From Mobula hypostoma (taxonomy: Eukaryota), in NCBI RefSeq assembly GCF_963921235.1, contig NC_086097.1:182902001-182966000 (forward strand): a stretch of 64,000 nt of DNA. The letters run 5' to 3'. Of this stretch, positions 48,643-60,600 are shown piece by piece (within the stretch, counting starts at the first letter, position 1; the number at the start of each line of letters is the position of its first letter). A model generated the notes under the pieces. The model was given only the letters and a program-made list of their open reading frames with translations. It searched no databases and was not told the origin of the DNA. The translations under genes and the position numbers were made by a program.

Positions 48643-51600
48643 CTGTGTTGTTGTGTCTGTGTCAGTGTGCGTGTCTCTGCCCCTGTCTGTGACCGTGTCT
48701 CTGTTGTTTTGTCTGCATCAGTGTACGTGTCTCTGCCCCTGTCTGTGACCGTGTCTCTGTTGTTGTGTCTGTGTCAGTGTCTGTGTGTGTGTCTGTGACC
48801 GTGTCCCCGTCGTTAGGTCTGCGTCAGTGGACGTGTCTCTGCCCCTGTCTGTGACCGTGTCTCTGTTGTTGTGTCTGTGTCAGTGTGTGTGTGTCTGTGA
48901 CCGTGTCTCTGTTGTTGTGTCTGCGTCAGTGTGTGTGTCTCTGCCCCTGTCTGTGACCGTGTCTCAGTTGTGTCAGTGTGTGTGTCTCTGCCCCTGTCTG
49001 TGACCGTGTCTCAGTTGTGTCAGTGGGTCTCTGCCCCTGTCTGTGACCGTGTCTCAGTTGTGTCAGTGTTTGTGTCTCTGCCCCTGTCTGTGACCGTGTC
49101 TCTGTTGTTGTATCTGTGTCAGTGTGTGTGTCTGTGACCGTGTCTCTGTTGTTGTGTCTGCGTCAGTGTGTGTGTCTCTGCCCCTGTCTGTGACCGTGTC
49201 TCAGTTGTGTCAGTGTGTGTGTCTCTGCCCCTGTCTGTGACCGTGTCTCAGTTGTGTCAGTGTTTGTGTCTCTGCCCCTGTCTGTGACCGTGTCTCAGTT
49301 GTGTCAGTGTTTGTGTCTCTGCCCCTGTCTGTGACCGTGTCTCAGTTGTGTCAGTGTTTGTGTCTCTGCCCCTGTCTGTGACCGTGTCTCAGTTGTGTCA
49401 GTGTTTGTGTCTCTGCCCCTGTCTGTGACCGTGTCTCTGTTGTTGTGTCTGTGTCAGTGTGTGTGTGTCTGTGACCGTGTCTCTGTTGTTGTGTCTGCAT
49501 CAGTGTGTGTGTCTCTGCCCCTGTCTGTGACCGTGTCTCTGTTGTTGTGTCTGTGTCAGTGTGTGTGTGTGTGTCTGTGACCGTGTCCCCGTCGTTAGGT
49601 CTGCGTCAGTGGACGTGTCTCTGCCCCTGTCTGTGACCGTGTCTCTGTTGTTGTGTCTGTGTCAGTGTGTGCGTGTCTGTGACCGTGTCTCTGTTGTTGT
49701 GTCTGCGTCAGTGTGTGTGTCTCTGCCCCTGTCTGTGACTGTGTCTCAGTTGTGTCAGTGTTTGTGTCTCTGCCCCTGTCTGTGACCGTGTCTCAGTTGT
49801 GTCAGTGTTTGTGTCTCTGCCCCTGTCTGTGACCGTGTCTCAGTTGTGTCAGTGTACGTGTCTCTGCCCCTGTCTGTGACCGTGTCTCTGTTGTTGTGTC
49901 TGTGTCAGTGTGTGTGTGTGTCTGTGACCGTGTCTCTGTTGTTGTGTCTGCGTCAGTGTGTGTGTCTCTGTCCCTGTCTGTGACCGTGTCTCAGTTGTGT
50001 CAGTGTTTGTGTCTCTGTCCCTGTCTGTGACCGTGTCTCAGTTGTGTCAGTGTGTGTGTCTCTGCCCCTGTCTGTGACCGTGTCTCAGTTGTGTCAGTGT
50101 TTGTGTCTCTGCCCCTGTCTGTGACCGTGTCTCAGTTGTGTCAGTGTTTGTGTCTCTGCCCCTGTCTGTGACCGTGTCTCAGTTGCGTCAGTGTGTGTGT
50201 CTCTGCCCCGTCTGTGACCGTGTCTCTGTTGTTGTGTCTGTGTGTCTGTGACCGTGTCTCTGTTGTTGTGTCTGCGTCAGTGTGTGTGTCTCTGCCCCTG
50301 TCTGTGACCGTGTCTCAGTTGTGTCAGTGTGTGTGTCTTTGCCCCTGTCTGTGACCGTGTCTAAGTTGTGTCAGTGTTTGTGTCTCTGCCCCTGTCTGTG
50401 ACCGTGTCTCAGTTGTGTCAGTGTTTGTGTCTCTGCCCCTGTCTGTGACCGTGTCTCAGTTGTGTCAGTGTTTGTGTCTCTGCCCCTGTCTGTGACCGTG
50501 TCTCAGTTGTGTCAGTGTTTGTGTCTCTGCCCCTGTCTGTGACCGTGTCTCAGTTGTGTCAGTGTTTGTGTCTCTGCCCCTGTCTGTGACCGTGTCTCAG
50601 TTGTGTCAGTGTTTGTGTCTCTGCCCCTGTCTGTGACCGTGTCTCAGTTGTGTCAGTGTTTGTGTCTCTGCCCCTGTCTGTGACCGTGTCTCAGTTGTGT
50701 CAGTGTGTGTGTCTCTGCCCCTGTCTGTGACCGTGTCTCAGTTGTGTCAGTGTTTGTGTCTCTGCCCCTGTCTGTGACCGTGTCTCAGTTGTGTCAGTGT
50801 GTGTGTCTCTGCCCCTGTCTGTGACCGTGTCTCAGTTGTGTCAGTGTTTGTGTCTCTGCCCCTGTCTGTGACCGTGTCTCAGTTGTGTCAGTGTTTGTGT
50901 CTCTGCCCCTGTCTGTGACCGTGTCTCAGTTGTGTCAGTGTTTCTGTCTCTGCCCCTGTCTGTGACCGTGTCTCAGTTGTGTCAGTGTGTGTGTCTCTGC
51001 CCCTGTCTGTGACCGTGTCTCAGTTGTGTCAGTGTTTGTGTCTCTGCCCCTGTCTGTGACCGTGTCTCAGTTGTGTCAGTGTGTGTGTCTCTGCCCCTGT
51101 CTGTGACCGTGTCTCAGTTGTGTCAGTGTGTGTGTCTCTGCCCCTGTCTGTGACCGTGTCTCAGTTGTGTCAGTGTTTGTGTCTCTGCCCCTGTCTGTGA
51201 CCGTGTCTCAGTTGTGTCAGTGTTTGTGTCTCTGCCCCTGTCTGTGACCGTGTCTCTGTTGTTGTTTCTGTGTCAGTGTGTGTGTGTGTGTCTGTGACCG
51301 TGTCCCCGTCGTTAGGTCTGTGTCAGTGTGTGTGTCTCTGTCCCTGTCTGTGACCGTGTCTCAGTTGTGTCAGTGTTTGTGTCTCTGCCCCTGTCTGTGA
51401 CCGTGTCTCAGTTGTGTCAGTGTTTGTGTCTCTGCCCCTGCCTGTGACCGTGTCTCAGTTGTGTCAGTGTGCGTGTCTCTGTCCCTGTCTGTGACCGTGT
51501 CTCTGTTGTTGTGTCTGTGTCAGTGTGTGTGTCTCTGCCCCTGTCTGTGACCGTGTCTCCGTTGTGTCAGTGTGTGTGTGTCTGTGACCGTGTCTCTGTT

Positions 51601-54600
51601 GTTGTGTCTGTGTCAGTGTTTGTGTCTCTGTCCCTGTCTGTGACCGTGTCTCAGTTGTGTCAGTGTGTGTGTCTCTGTCCCTGTCTGTGACCGTGTCTCA
51701 GTTATGTCAGTGTTTGTGTCTCTGCCCCTGTCTGTGACCGTGTCTCAGTTGTGTCAGTGTTTGTGTCTCTGTCCCTGTCTGTGACCGGGTCTCAGTTGTG
51801 TCAGTGTTTGTGTCTCTGCCCTTGTCTGTGACCGTGTCTCAGTTGTGTCAGTGTGTGTGTCTCTGCCCCTGTCTGTGACCGTGTCTCAGTTGTTGTGTCT
51901 GTGTCAGTGTGTGTGTCTCTGCCCCTGTCTGTGACCGTGTCTCAGTTGTTGTGTCTGTGTCAGTGTGTGTGTCTCTGCCCCTGTCTGTGACCGTGTCTCT
52001 GTTGTTGTGTCTGTGTCAGTGTGTGTGTGTCTGTGACCGTGTCTCTGTTGTTGTGTCTGTGTCAGTGTGTTTGTGTCTGTGACCGTGTCTCTGTTGTTGT
52101 GTCTGTGTCAGTGTGTGTGTCTCTGTCCCTGTCTGTGACCGTGTCTCAGTTGTGTCAGTGTGTGTGTCTCTGTCCCTGTCTGTGACCGTGTCTCAGTTGT
52201 GTCAGTGTTTGTGTCTCTGCCCCTGTCTGTGACCGTGTCTCAGTTGTGTCAGTGTTTGTGTCTCTGCCCCTGTCTGTGACCGTGTCTCAGTTGTGTCAGT
52301 GTGTGTGTCTCTGCCCCTGTCTGTGACCGTGTCTCAGTTGTGTCAGTGTTTGTGTCTCTGCCCCTGTCTGTGACCGTGTCTCAGTTGTGTCAGTGTGTGT
52401 GTCTCTGCCCCTGTCTGTGACCGTGTCTCAGTTGTGTCAGTGTTTGTGTCTCTGCCCTTGTCTGTGACCGTGTCTCAGTTGTGTCAGTGTTTGTGTCTCT
52501 GCCCCTGTCTGTGACCGTGTCTCAGTTGTGTCAGTGTGTGTGTCTCTGCCCCTGTCTGTGACCGTGTCTCAGTTGTGTCAGTGTTTGTGTCTCTGCCCCT
52601 GTCTGTGACCGTGTCTCAGTTGTGTCAGTGTTTGTGTCTCTGCCCCTGTCTGTGACCGTGTCTCAGTTGCGTCAGTGTGTGTGTCTCTGCCCCGTCTGTG
52701 ACCGTGTCTCTGTTGTTGTGTCTGTGTGTCTGTGACCGTGTCTCTGTTGTTGTGTCTGCGTCAGTGTGTGTGTCTCTGCCCCTGTCTGTGACCGTGTCTC
52801 AGTTGTGTCAGTGTGTGTGTCTTTGCCCCTGTCTGTGACCGTGTCTAAGTTGTGTCAGTGTTTGTGTCTCTGCCCCTGTCTGTGACCGTGTCTCAGTTGT
52901 GTCAGTGTTTGTGTCTCTGCCCCTGTCTGTGACCGTGTCTCAGTTGTGTCAGTGTTTGTGTCTCTGCCCCTGTCTGTGACCGTGTCTCAGTTGTGTCAGT
53001 GTTTGTGTCTCTGCCCCTGTCTGTGACCGTGTCTCAGTTGTGTCAGTGTTTGTGTCTCTGCCCCTGTCTGTGACCGTGTCTCAGTTGTGTCAGTGTGTGT
53101 GTCTCTGCCCCTGTCTGTGACCGTGTCTCAGTTGTGTCAGTGTTTGTGTCTCTGCCCCTGTCTGTGACCGTGTCTCAGTTGTGTCAGTGTTTGTGTCTCT
53201 GCCCCTGTCTGTGACCGTGTCTCAGTTGTGTCAGTGTTTGTGTCTCTGCCCCTGTCTGTGACCGTGTCTCAGTTGTGTCAGTGTGTGTGTCTCTGCCCCT
53301 GTCTGTGACCGTGTCTCAGTTGTGTCAGTGTTTGTGTCTCTGCCCCTGTCTGTGACCGTGTCTCAGTTGTGTCAGTGTGTGTGTCTCTGCCCCTGTCTGT
53401 GACCGTGTCTCAGTTGTGTCAGTGTTTGTGTCTCTGCCCCTGTCTGTGACCGTGTCTCAGTTGTGTCAGTGTTTGTGTCTCTGCCCCTGTCTGTGACCGT
53501 GTCTCAGTTGTGTCAGTGTGTGTGTCTCTGCCCCTGTCTGTGACCGTGTCTCAGTTGTGTCAGTGTTTGTGTCTCTGCCCCTGTCTGTGACCGTGTCTCA
53601 GTTGTGTCAGTGTTTGTGTCTCTGCCCCTGTCTGTGACCGTGTCTCTGTTGTTGTTTCTGTGTCAGAGTGTGTGTGTGTGTCTGTGACCGTGTCCCCGTC
53701 GTTAGGTCTGTGTCAGTGTGTGTGTCTCTGTCCCTGTCTGTGACCGTGTCTCAGTTGTGTCAGTGTTTGTGTCTCTGCCCCTGTCTGTGACCGTGTCTCA
53801 GTTGTGTCAGTGTTTGTGTCTCTGCCCCTGCCTGTGACCGTGTCTCAGTTGTGTCAGTGTGTGTGTCTCTGTCCCTGTCTGTGACCGTGTCTCTGTTGTT
53901 GTCTCTGTGTCAGTGTGTGTGTCTCTGCCCCTGTCTGTGACCGTGTCTCCGTTGTGTCAGTGTGTGTGTGTCTGTGACCGTGTCTCTGTTGTTGTGTCTG
54001 TGTCAGTGTTTGTGTCTCTGTCCCTGTCTGTGACCGTGTCTCAGTTGTGTCAGTGTGTGTGTCTCTGTCCCTGTCTGTGACCGTGTCTCAGTTGTGTCAG
54101 TGTTTGTGTCTCTGCCCCTGTCTGTGACCGTGTCTCAGTTGTGTCAGTGTTTGTGTCTCTGTCCCTGTCTGTGACCGGGTCTCAGTTGTGTCAGTGTTTG
54201 TGTCTCTGCCCTTGTCTGTGACCGTGTCTCAGTTGTGTCAGTGTGTGTGTCTCTGCCCCTGTCTGTGACCGTGTCTCTGTTGTTGTGTCTGTGTCAGTGT
54301 GTGCGTGTCTGTGACCGTGTCTCTGTTGTTGTGTCTGCGTCAGTGTGTGTGTCTCTGCCCCTGTCTGTGACTGTGTCTCAGTTGTGTCAGTGTTTGTGTC
54401 TCTGCCCCTGTCTGTGACCGTGTCTCAGTTGTGTCAGTGTTTGTGTCTCTGCCCCTGTCTGTGACAATGTCTCAGTTGTGTCAGTGTACGTGTCTCTGCC
54501 CCTGTCTGTGACCGTGCCTCTGTTGTTGTGTCTGTGTCAGTGTGTGTGTGTCTGTGACCGTGTCTCTGTTGTTGTGTCTGCGTCAGTGTGTGTGTCTCTG

Positions 54601-57600
54601 TCCCTGTCTGTGACCGTGTCTCAGTTGTGTCAGTGTTTGTGTCTCTGTCCCTGTCTGTGACCGTGTCTCAGTTGTGTCAGTGTGTGTGTCTCTGCCCCTG
54701 TCTGTGACCGTGTCTCAGTTGTGTCAGTGTTTGTGTCTCTGCCCCTGTCTGTGACCGTGTCTCAGTTGTGTCAGTGTTTGTGTCTCTGCCCCTGTCTGTG
54801 ACCGTGTCTCAGTTGCGTCAGTGTGTGTGTCTCTGCCCCGTCTGTGACCGTGTCTCTGTTGTTGTGTCTGTGTGTCTGTGACCGTGTCTCTGTTGTTGTG
54901 TCTGCGTCAGTGTGTGTGTCTCTGCCCCTGTCTGTGACCGTGTCTCAGTTGTGTCAGTGTGTGTGTCTTTGCCCCTGTCTGTGACCGTGTCTAAGTTGTG
55001 TCAGTGTTTGTGTCTCTGCCCCTGTCTGTGACCGTGTCTCAGTTGTGTCAGTGTTTGTGTCTCTGCCCCTGTCTGTGACCGTGTCTCAGTTGTGTCAGTG
55101 TTTGTGTCTCTGCCCCTGTCTGTGACCGTGTCTCAGTTGTGTCAGTGTTTGTGTCTCTGCCCCTGTCTGTGACCGTGTCTCAGTTGTGTCAGTGTTTGTG
55201 TCTCTGCCCCTGTCTGTGACCGTGTCTCAGTTGTGTCAGTGTTTGTGTCTCTGCCCCTGTCTGTGACCGTGTCTCAGTTGTGTCAGTGTTTCTGTCTCTG
55301 CCCCTGTCTGTGACCGTGTCTCAGTTGTGTCAGTGTGTGTGTCTCTGCCCCTGTCTGTGACCGTGTCTCAGTTGTGTCAGTGTGTGTGTCTCTGCCCCTG
55401 TCTGTGACCGTGTCTCAGTTGTGTCAGTGTGTGTGTCTCTGCCCCTGTCTGTGACCGTGTCTCAGTTGTGTCAGTGTTTGTGTCTCTGCCCCTGTCTGTG
55501 ACCGTGTCTCAGTTGTGTCAGTGTTTGTGTCTCTGCCCCTGTCTGTGACCGTGTCTCAGTTGTGTCAGTGTTTCTGTCTCTGCCCCTGTCTGTGACCGTG
55601 TCTCAGTTGTGTCAGTGTGTGTGTCTCTGCCCCTGTCTGTGACCGTGTCTCAGTTGTGTCAGTGTTTGTGTTGTCTCAGTTGTGTCAGTGTGTGTGTCTC
55701 TGCCCCTGTCTGTGACCGTGTCTCAGTTGTGTCAGTGTGTGTGTCTCTGCCCCTGTCTGTGACCGTGTCTCAGTTGTGTCAGTGTTTGTGTCTCTGCCCC
55801 TGTCTGTGACCGTGTCTCAGTTGTGTCAGTGTTTGTGTCTCTGCCCCTGTCTGTGACCGTGTCTCAGTTGTGTCAGTGTTTCTGTCTCTGCCCCTGTCTG
55901 TGACCGTGTCTCAGTTGTGTCAGTGTGTGTGTCTCTGCCCCTGTCTGTGACCGTGTCTCAGTTGTGTCAGTGTTTGTGTCTCTGCCCCTGTCTGTGACCG
56001 TGTCTCAGTTGTGTCAGTGTGTGTGTCTCTGCCCCTGTCTGTGACCGTGTCTCAGTTGTGTCAGTGTGTGTGTCTCTGCCCCTGTCTGTGACCGTGTCTC
56101 AGTTGTGTCAGTGTTTGTGTCTCTGCCCCTGTCTGTGACCGTGTCTCTGTTGTTGTTTCTGTGTCAGTGTGTGTGTGTGTGTCTGTGACCGTGTCCCCGT
56201 CGTTAGGTCTGTGTCAGTGTGTGTGTCTCTGTCCCTGTCTGTGACCGTGTCTCAGTTGTGTCAGTGTTTGTGTCTCTGCCCCTGTCTGTGACCGTGTCTC
56301 AGTTGTGTCAGTGTTTGTGTCTCTGCCCCTGCCTGTGACCGTGTCTCAGTTGTGTCAGTGTGCGTGTCTCTGTCCCTGTCTGTGACCGTGTCTCTGTTGT
56401 TGTGTCTGTGTCAGTGTGTGTGTCTCTGCCCCTGTCTGTGACCGTGTCTCCGTTGTGTCAGTGTGTGTGTGTCTGTGACCGTGTCTCTGTTGTTGTGTCT
56501 GTGTCAGTGTTTGTGTCTCTGTCCCTGTCTGTGACCGTGTCTCAGTTGTGTCAGTGTGTGTGTCTCTGTCCCTGTCTGTGACCGTGTCTCAGTTGTGTCA
56601 GTGTTTGTGTCTCTGCCCCTGTCTGTGACCGTGTCTCAGTTGTGTCAGTGTTTGAGTCTCTGTCCCTGTCTGTGACCGGGTCTCAGTTGTGTCAGTGTTT
56701 GTGTCTCTGCCCTTGTCTGTGACCGTGTCTCAGTTGTGTCAGTGTGTGTGTCTCTGCCCCTGTCTGTGACCGTGTCTCAGTTGTTGTGTCTGTGTCAGTG
56801 TGTGTGTCTCTGCCCCTGTCTGTGACCGTGTCTCAGTTGTTGTGTCTGTGTCAGTGTGTGTGTCTCTGCCCCTGTCTGTGACCGTGTCTCTGTTGTTGTG
56901 TCTGTGTCAGTGTGTGTGTGTCTGTGACCGTGTCTCTGTTGTTGTGTCTGTGTCAGTGTGTTTGTGTCTGTGACCGTGTCTCTGTTGTTGTGTCTGTGTC
57001 AGTGTGTGTGTCTCTGTCCCTGTCTGTGACCGTGTCTCAGTTGTGTCAGTGTGTGTGTCTCTGTCCCTGTCTGTGACCGTGTCTCAGTTGTGTCAGTGTT
57101 TGTGTCTCTGCCCCTGTCTGTGACCGTGTCTCAGTTGTGTCAGTGTTTGTGTCTCTGCCCCTGTCTGTGACCGTGTCTCAGTTGTGTCAGTGTGTGTGTC
57201 TCTGCCCCTGTCTGTGACCGTGTCTCAGTTGTGTCAGTGTTTGTGTCTCTGCCCCTGTCTGTGACCGTGTCTCAGTTGTGTCAGTGTGTGTGTCTCTGCC
57301 CCTGTCTGTGACCGTGTCTCAGTTGTGTCAGTGTTTGTGTCTCTGCCCTTGTCTGTGACCGTGTCTCAGTTGTGTCAGTGTTTGTGTCTCTGCCCCTGTC
57401 TGTGACCGTGTCTCAGTTGTGTCAGTGTGTGTGTCTCTGCCCCTGTCTGTGACCGTGTCTCAGTTGTGTCAGTGTTTGTGTCTCTGCCCCTGTCTGTGAC
57501 CGTGTCTCAGTTGTGTCAGTGTTTGTGTCTCTGCCCCTGTCTGTGACCGTGTCTCAGTTGCGTCAGTGTGTGTGTCTCTGCCCCGTCTGTGACCGTGTCT

Positions 57601-60600
57601 CTGTTGTTGTGTCTGTGTGTCTGTGACCGTGTCTCTGTTGTTGTGTCTGCGTCAGTGTGTGTGTCTCTGCCCCTGTCTGTGACCGTGTCTCAGTTGTGTC
57701 AGTGTGTGTGTCTTTGCCCCTGTCTGTGACCATGTCTAAGTTGTGTCAGTGTTTGTGTCTCTGCCCCTGTCTGTGACCGTGTCTCAGTTGTGTCAGTGTT
57801 TGTGTCTCTGCCCCTGTCTGTGACCGTGTCTCAGTTGTGTCAGTGTTTGTGTCTCTGCCCCTGTCTGTGACCGTGTCTCAGTTGTGTCAGTGTTTGTGTC
57901 TCTGCCCCTGTCTGTGACCGTGTCTCAGTTGTGTCAGTGTTTGTGTCTCTGCCCCTGTCTGTGACCGTGTCTCAGTTGTGTCAGTGTGTGTGTCTCTGCC
58001 CCTGTCTGTGACCGTGTCTCAGTTGTGTCAGTGTTTGTGTCTCTGCCCCTGTCTGTGACCGTGTCTCAGTTGTGTCAGTGTTTGTGTCTCTGCCCCTGTC
58101 TGTGACCGTGTCTCAGTTGTGTCAGTGTTTGTGTCTCTGCCCCTGTCTGTGACCGTGTCTCAGTTGTGTCAGTGTGTGTGTCTCTGCCCCTGTCTGTGAC
58201 CGTGTCTCAGTTGTGTCAGTGTTTGTGTCTCTGCCCCTGTCTGTGACCGTGTCTCAGTTGTGTCAGTGTGTGTGTCTCTGCCCCTGTCTGTGACCGTGTC
58301 TCAGTTGTGTCAGTGTTTGTGTCTCTGCCCCTGTCTGTGACCGTGTCTCAGTTGTGTCAGTGTTTGTGTCTCTGCCCCTGTCTGTGACCGTGTCTCAGTT
58401 GTGTCAGTGTGTGTGTCTCTGCCCCTGTCTGTGACCGTGTCTCAGTTGTGTCAGTGTTTGTGTCTCTGCCCCTGTCTGTGACCGTGTCTCAGTTGTGTCA
58501 GTGTTTGTGTCTCTGCCCCTGTCTGTGACCGTGTCTCTGTTGTTGTTTCTGTGTCAGTGTGTGTGTGTGTGTCTGTGACCGTGTCCCCGTCGTTAGGTCT
58601 GTGTCAGTGTGTGTGTCTCTGTCCCTGTCTGTGACCGTGTCTCAGTTGTGTCAGTGTTTGTGTCTCTGCCCCTGTCTGTGACCGTGTCTCAGTTGTGTCA
58701 GTGTTTGTGTCTCTGCCCCTGCCTGTGACCGTGTCTCAGTTGTGTCAGTGTGTGTGTCTCTGTCCCTGTCTGTGACCGTGTCTCTGTTGTTGTCTCTGTG
58801 TCAGTGTGTGTGTCTCTGCCCCTGTCTGTGACCGTGTCTCCGTTGTGTCAGTGTGTGTGTGTCTGTGACCGTGTCTCTGTTGTTGTGTCTGTGTCAGTGT
58901 TTGTGTCTCTGTCCCTGTCTGTGACCGTGTCTCAGTTGTGTCAGTGTGTGTGTCTCTGTCCCTGTCTGTGACCGTGTCTCAGTTGTGTCAGTGTTTGTGT
59001 CTCTGCCCCTGTCTGTGACCGTGTCTCAGTTGTGTCAGTGTTTGTGTCTCTGTCCCTGTCTGTGACCGGGTCTCAGTTGTGTCAGTGTTTGTGTCTCTGC
59101 CCTTGTCTGTGACCGTGTCTCAGTTGTGTCAGTGTGTGTGTCTCTGCCCCTGTCTGTGACCGTGTCTCAGTTGTGTCAGTGTTTGTGTCTCTGCCCCTGT
59201 CTGTGACCGTGTCTCAGTTGTTGTGTCTGTGTCAGTGTGTGTGTCTCTGCCCCTGTCTGTGACCGTGTCTCAGTTGTTGTGTCTGTGTCAGTGTGTGTGT
59301 CTCTGCCCCTGTCTGTGACCGTGTCTCTGTTGTTGTGTCTGTGTCAGTGTGTGTGTGTCTGTGACCGTGTCTCTGTTGTTGTGTCTGTGTCAGTGTGTGT
59401 GTGTCTGTGACCGTGTCTCTGTTGTTGTGTCTGTGTCAGTGTGTGTGTCTCTGTCCCTGTCTGTGACCGTGTCTCAGTTGTGTCAGTGTGTGTGTCTCTG
59501 TCCCTGTCTGTGACCGTGTCTCAGTTGTGTCAGTGTTTGTGTCTCTGCCCCTGTCTGTGACCGTGTCTCAGTTGTGTCAGTGTTTGTGTCTCTGCCCCTG
59601 TCTGTGACCGTGTCTCAGTTGTGTCAGTGTGTGTGTCTCTGCCCCTGTCTGTGACCGTGTCTCAGTTGTGTCAGTGTTTGTGTCTCTGCCCCTGTCTGTG
59701 ACCGTGTCTCAGTTGTGTCAGTGTGTGTGTCTCTGCCCCTGTCTGTGACCGTGTCTCAGTTGTGTCAGTGTTTGTGTCTCTGCCCCTGTCTGTGACCGTG
59801 TCTCAGTTGTGTCAGTGTTTGTGTCTCTGCCCCTGTCTGTGACCGTGTCTCAGTTGTGTCAGTGTGTGTGTCTCTGCCCCTGTCTGTGACCGTGTCTCAG
59901 TTGTGTCAGTGTTTGTGTCTCTGCCCCTGTCTGTGACCGTGTCTCAGTTGTGTCAGTGTTTGTGTCTCTGCCCCTGTCTGTGACCGTGTCTCAGTTGTGT
60001 CAGTGTTTGTGTCTCTGTCCCTGTCTGTGACCGTGTCTCAGTTGTGTCAGTGTTTGTGTCTCTGCCCTTGTCTGTGACCGTGTCTCAGTTGTGTCAGTGT
60101 GTGTGTCTCTGCCCCTGTCTGTGACCGTGTCTCAGTTGTTGTGTCTGTGTCAGTGTGTGTGTCTCTGCCCCTGTCTGTGACCGTGTCTCTGTTGTTGTGT
60201 CTGTGTCAGTGTGTGTGTGTCTGTGACCGTGTCTCTGTTGTTGTGTCTGTGTCAGTGTGTGTGTGTCTGTGACCGTGTCTCTGTTGTTGTGTCTGCGTCA
60301 GTGTGTGTGTCTCTGTCCCTGTCTGTGACCGTGTCTCAGTTGTGTCAGTGTTTGTGTCTCTGTCCCTGTCTGTGACCGTGTCTCAGTTGTGTCAGTGTGT
60401 GTGTCTCTGCCCCTGTCTGTGACCGTGTCTCAGTTGTGTCAGTGTTTGTGTCTCTGCCCCTGTCTGTGACCGTGTCTCAGTTGTGTCAGTGTTTGTGTCT
60501 CTGCCCCTGTCTGTGACCGTGTCTCAGTTGCGTCAGTGTGTGTGTCTCTGCCCTGTCTGTGACCGTGTCTCTGTTGTTGTGTCTGTGTGTCTGTGACCGT

